A stretch of 64,000 nt of DNA. Source: Candidatus Gottesmanbacteria bacterium (GTDB taxonomy: Bacteria; Patescibacteriota; Microgenomatia; UBA10105; UBA927). The stretch is taken from contig OY970230.1 of NCBI GenBank assembly GCA_963714095.1, forward strand, positions 895,907-959,906. Reading direction: 5' to 3'. Below are positions 60,871 through 64,000 of this stretch, piece by piece. Made by a program: the position numbers and the translations under genes. The notes beneath the pieces were generated by a model, which ran no database searches, was not told where the DNA came from, and saw only the letters and a program-made list of their open reading frames with translations. How positions within the stretch are numbered: the first letter of the stretch is position 1; every line of letters begins with the position of its first letter.

Positions 60871-61440
60871 ATGATACTTTCCGACCGGGATATCAAAAAA
60901 GCCCTTGCAAGCGGAAGAATTGCTATTTCTCCGAAACCGAAACTCTCAGTGGTGCTCGGTTCCTGTTCAATAGACCTCCGGCTGGGTAATCGGTTCCGTA
61001 TATTTGATCACAGTAGATTTCCGTTTATAGACCCCAATAACCCGCGACTTGCAACCGATATGATGAAGGAAATCACGGTTGTCGCCGATCAACAATTTAT
61101 TCTTCAACCGGGAGATTTTGTACTCGCGACTACGATGGAATCATTTTCTCTCCCGAACGATTTATTGGCAAGGTTGGAGGGAAGATCAAGTTTGGGGAGA
61201 TTGGGAATTGTCGTTCATTCGACGGCATCAATTTTTGAGCCCGGCTGGAACGGTGTTGTCGTTATGGAACTTGGAAACTTAGGCCGTATGCCGGTAGCCC
61301 TCTATCCGGGCATGCGGGTGTGCGCCCTTACGTTTGAAGAACTGACGAGCCCCGCGGATGTTCCGTACAATAAGAAAAAATCAGCCAAATACGTCGGCCA
61401 AAAATCTCCGGAAGCCAGCAAAATCGCAGAAGAAAGATAA
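60871..61440 (+). CDS. dcd: dCTP deaminase.
   Basis: MILSDRDIKK…SIDLRLGN… dUTPase-fold motifs. Confidence 0.8.
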   Translation: MILSDRDIKKALASGRIAISPKPKLSVVLGSCSIDLRLGNRFRIFDHSRFPFIDPNNPRLATDMMKEITVVADQQFILQPGDFVLATTMESFSLPNDLLARLEGRSSLGRLGIVVHSTASIFEPGWNGVVVMELGNLGRMPVALYPGMRVCALTFEELTSPADVPYNKKKSAKYVGQKSPEASKIAEER

Positions 61441-61443
61441 ATT

Positions 61444-63213
61444 TTATTTCACCGTGACACTTTTGGCGAGGTTACGGGGCATATCGGGGTCTAGTCCTTT
61501 TGCAATTGTCAGATAATAGGCTAAGAGTTGTGCGACAACGACGTTTGGCATAATGGTTGCTTCACCCGCATCCGGCACCTGTATAAAATAATCAAACACC
61601 TCGTGGTTTTTATGGGAAATGCCGATAATATTCCCGCCGCGCGCTTTCATTTCCATAGCACCGGCAAGATTGGCGCCGAATGTTTCATCTGATGGGGTAA
61701 ACACGATGCACGGGGTGCCGTGGGTAATGAGCGCCAGTGGACCGTGTTTCAACTCACCGGCCGCCAGCCCTTCTGCATGGATGTAGGAAATCTCCTTAAT
61801 TTTTAATGCGGCTTCAAGCGCCGTCGGGTACGAAAGTCCTCGGCCGATCACATAGATATGTTCCGTTTTTCTGAGCTCTGTTGCAAGTTTTTTTATTTTA
61901 TCAACTGAGGGAGAGGCGAGTACTTTTTTCATGGACAAGACCGCGCGGGTCAGAACTGTAATTCCTTCGGGTGTTTTATCCGAGACTGCATATGCAAGAA
62001 GTAATAAATGAGCAAGCATTCCGATAAATGCTTTCGTGGAGGCAACGCCTTTTTCCGGCCCCGCATCAATAAGCGTCTTGTAATCCGCCGCCCGATACAG
62101 AGAACTGCCCAGCACATTAACGAGCGCCATAATTTTTGCGCCTTTCTGTTTGGCCTTTTTCACCGATTCCAAAATGTCCATTGTCTCCCCGGATTGGGAA
62201 ATAGCGATAACAAGACTGTCACGGGTCAGGAAATCCAGATGGTAGCCGAATTCGCTTCCTATGGCGACGTTGACATGACGTTTGGCTATCTTTGAAAACA
62301 AATACTCGCCGGCAATTGCCGCGTAGGACGCCGTGCCGCACCCGACCAGATATGCGCCGCGGGATTTTTTGATATGCCCCGCATACGCCTCAGTATAGGA
62401 AGCATTTGCGGCAATATCCGAAACGACCCCCGGCTGTTCATAGATTTCCTTCAGCATAAAATACGGATACTCACCCTTTTCGGCCTCACTTACGCTCCAC
62501 GTCAGGTGCTGTTTTTTTGGATAGACGTGTTCACCGGTTTTCGCATCAAAGAGAATAACCCCATGGTCTGCGATAATCGCCATTTGGTCATCCTCCAAAA
62601 AATGTACCTGTTTGGTATGAGGCAGAAGTGCAGCCGCATCGCTTGCAATAAAGTTTTCACCGTCGCCGAAACCGATGACAAGCGGGGATCCGTTTCGTGC
62701 CGCGATAAGTTTGTGGTCCTTCACGTCTATGACGATGATTGCATTTAAGCCTTTCATTTCGTTGAACGCTTTTTGGACGGCTTTGGTAAACATCATCGTT
62801 TTGGCATATTCCTCAATAAGATGTACAGCAACTTCCGTATCCGTTTCGCTGCGGAATTTGTGGCCTTTGGCAAGGAGTCGCTTTTTAACCGCTTCATAAT
62901 TTTCGAAAATCCCGTTGTGGATGAGGGCGATTGTGCCCGTGCAGTCCAGATGCGGATGGGCGTTAACATCAGTTACGCCGCCGTGGGTGGCCCACCGGGT
63001 ATGCCCGAACGCCAGCGTACTTTTAGGAAGCTCATTTACCGTAGCTGCCCCTATTTTTCCGGCCTTCTTTTTTACAACGATCATTTTTTTACCCAATGGC
63101 ACAGCCGCAACACCCCAGGAGTCATATCCCCGGTATTCAAGACGCTTGAGTCCCTCAAGAACTATCGTTGCCGCATTGGATTTATTTCCTACGTATCCGA
63201 ATATTCCGCACAT
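61444..63213 (-). CDS. glmS: Glutamine--fructose-6-phosphate aminotransferase.
   Basis: N-terminal MCGIFGY (Ntn Cys) and two SIS domains. Confidence 0.9.
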   Translation of the reverse strand: MCGIFGYVGNKSNAATIVLEGLKRLEYRGYDSWGVAAVPLGKKMIVVKKKAGKIGAATVNELPKSTLAFGHTRWATHGGVTDVNAHPHLDCTGTIALIHNGIFENYEAVKKRLLAKGHKFRSETDTEVAVHLIEEYAKTMMFTKAVQKAFNEMKGLNAIIVIDVKDHKLIAARNGSPLVIGFGDGENFIASDAAALLPHTKQVHFLEDDQMAIIADHGVILFDAKTGEHVYPKKQHLTWSVSEAEKGEYPYFMLKEIYEQPGVVSDIAANASYTEAYAGHIKKSRGAYLVGCGTASYAAIAGEYLFSKIAKRHVNVAIGSEFGYHLDFLTRDSLVIAISQSGETMDILESVKKAKQKGAKIMALVNVLGSSLYRAADYKTLIDAGPEKGVASTKAFIGMLAHLLLLAYAVSDKTPEGITVLTRAVLSMKKVLASPSVDKIKKLATELRKTEHIYVIGRGLSYPTALEAALKIKEISYIHAEGLAAGELKHGPLALITHGTPCIVFTPSDETFGANLAGAMEMKARGGNIIGISHKNHEVFDYFIQVPDAGEATIMPNVVVAQLLAYYLTIAKGLDPDMPRNLAKSVTVK

Positions 63214-63295
63214 ACGAAGTAATAGTAGTCAATTGCGCAGTGGTAATCAAGTGTGGTACAACAGGAACGTGAAAAAACACACGTATATTTCCGTG

Positions 63296-63895
63296 ATGGG
63301 CACCATGGGCAGCGGAAAAACGACGGCAGCAAAACTTATTGCCAAAGCATTCCGTTTTCAGCTCATAGAAGAAAAGTTCGGTGAGAATGCGTTTCTCCCG
63401 CGGTTTTATTCGGATATGAAACGGTGGGCGTTCCATAGCCAAACTTTTTTTCTCATGGAAAAAATCAATCAGATGTTGGAAACACCCTCGCTTCTGGTTA
63501 AACATTCCCTCGTACAGGACACGCCTATACAGCAGGATGCATTTTCCTACGCAAAGGCCCAACACGTATTGGGGAATATTGATGATGCCGAGTGGCGCCT
63601 GTACCAAAAAATTTATAATTCTTTTGAGCCGTATTTTCCGAAACCGGATATTATCGTGTATCTGGAGACGACCGTGCCGGCACTCGTTGAGCGTATTGAT
63701 AAACGCGGCAGGGGATATGAACAGAATATTCCGCATAGTTACGTGGAGCTTCTCGATATGCTCAATAAGCGGTGGCTATCGGAAAATAAAACTATTCCTG
63801 TTATGATAATTGAAACGGACGAACTCAATATTGCACAGAAGAAATCCGCGCAAATGAAGTTTCTGGATCAAATTAAAAAACGCATAAAAATATGA
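63296..63895 (+). CDS. Deoxynucleoside kinase.
   Basis: P-loop GTMGSGKTT and dNK-family E/R motifs. Start set beyond the glmS overlap. Confidence 0.65.
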   Translation: MGTMGSGKTTAAKLIAKAFRFQLIEEKFGENAFLPRFYSDMKRWAFHSQTFFLMEKINQMLETPSLLVKHSLVQDTPIQQDAFSYAKAQHVLGNIDDAEWRLYQKIYNSFEPYFPKPDIIVYLETTVPALVERIDKRGRGYEQNIPHSYVELLDMLNKRWLSENKTIPVMIIETDELNIAQKKSAQMKFLDQIKKRIKI

Positions 63896-64000
63896 ATCCG
63901 ACTTTCAGGAATGTAAAGGTATTGATTTGGGATTTTGACGGAACGCTGTATAAGCCGAATGCGGAGCTGTTTGCCGCGGTCCGCGAAGGAGAATATAAGG
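63892..64000 (+). CDS. HAD-superfamily hydrolase, 5' fragment that continues beyond the window.
   Basis: MNPTFRNVKVLIWDFDGTLYKP (DxDGT motif I). Start overlaps the upstream stop (ATGA). Confidence 0.4.
   Translation, partial: MNPTFRNVKVLIWDFDGTLYKPNAELFAAVREGEYK

Noticed and set aside
62915-63295. N-terminal 127 aa of the ORF preceding the deoxynucleoside kinase P-loop.
   Set aside because: It overlaps glmS on the opposite strand. The kinase fold begins at MGTMGSGKTT, so the start was moved to Met 63296.

Overview
This 64-kb window looks like a small-genome bacterium, plausibly Patescibacteria/CPR-like. That is an inference from three things: a divergent 16S rRNA with mismatches at universal-primer sites (for example gtgccagcagTcgcggtaa), a 16S gene not followed by a 23S gene, and lean housekeeping gene content. 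Coding is dense on both strands. Recognisable core loci are: secE-nusG-(inserted gene)-rplK-rplA; galU; tdh-kbl; def-fmt; rpmB; mreB-(membrane protein)-PBP2-dprA-topA; glmS; dcd; msrB; and two divergently transcribed P-type ATPases. Seven tRNA genes were found by eye (Trp, Thr x2, Tyr, Cys, Ile), together with a stand-alone 16S rRNA that has its own rho-independent terminator. The clearest accessory region is a ~7.4-kb integrative element inserted in the 3' end of tRNA-Ile(GAU), spanning ~42105-49519. It is bounded by a 67-bp direct repeat that is a partial tRNA copy, and carries a tyrosine integrase. Its cargo includes a 456-aa protein with a PD-(D/E)xK nuclease-like motif and a C-terminal zinc ribbon, a GNAT acetyltransferase, two pairs of overlapping small membrane-protein genes, a small Zn-finger protein, an HTH replication/regulator-like protein and a consensus sigma70 promoter. 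Other things worth a second look: (a) a Tat-signal lipoprotein gene inserted convergently inside the normally contiguous secE-nusG-rplK-rplA cluster; (b) a gene upstream of the 16S rRNA that is split into two reading frames at a G9/C9 homopolymer; (c) a recurring TGCTATACTAAATTTA extended -10 motif placed 6-7 nt upstream of start codons, suggesting leaderless mRNAs; (d) an intact/disrupted pair of GT-C type glycosyltransferase genes in an AT-rich block next to the 16S; (e) a C-terminally truncated epimerase abutting a large nucleotidyltransferase-domain protein. I had no tools, so all coordinates of RNA genes and motifs are hand-counted and may be off by 1-3 nt. Protein assignments rest on motif recognition only.
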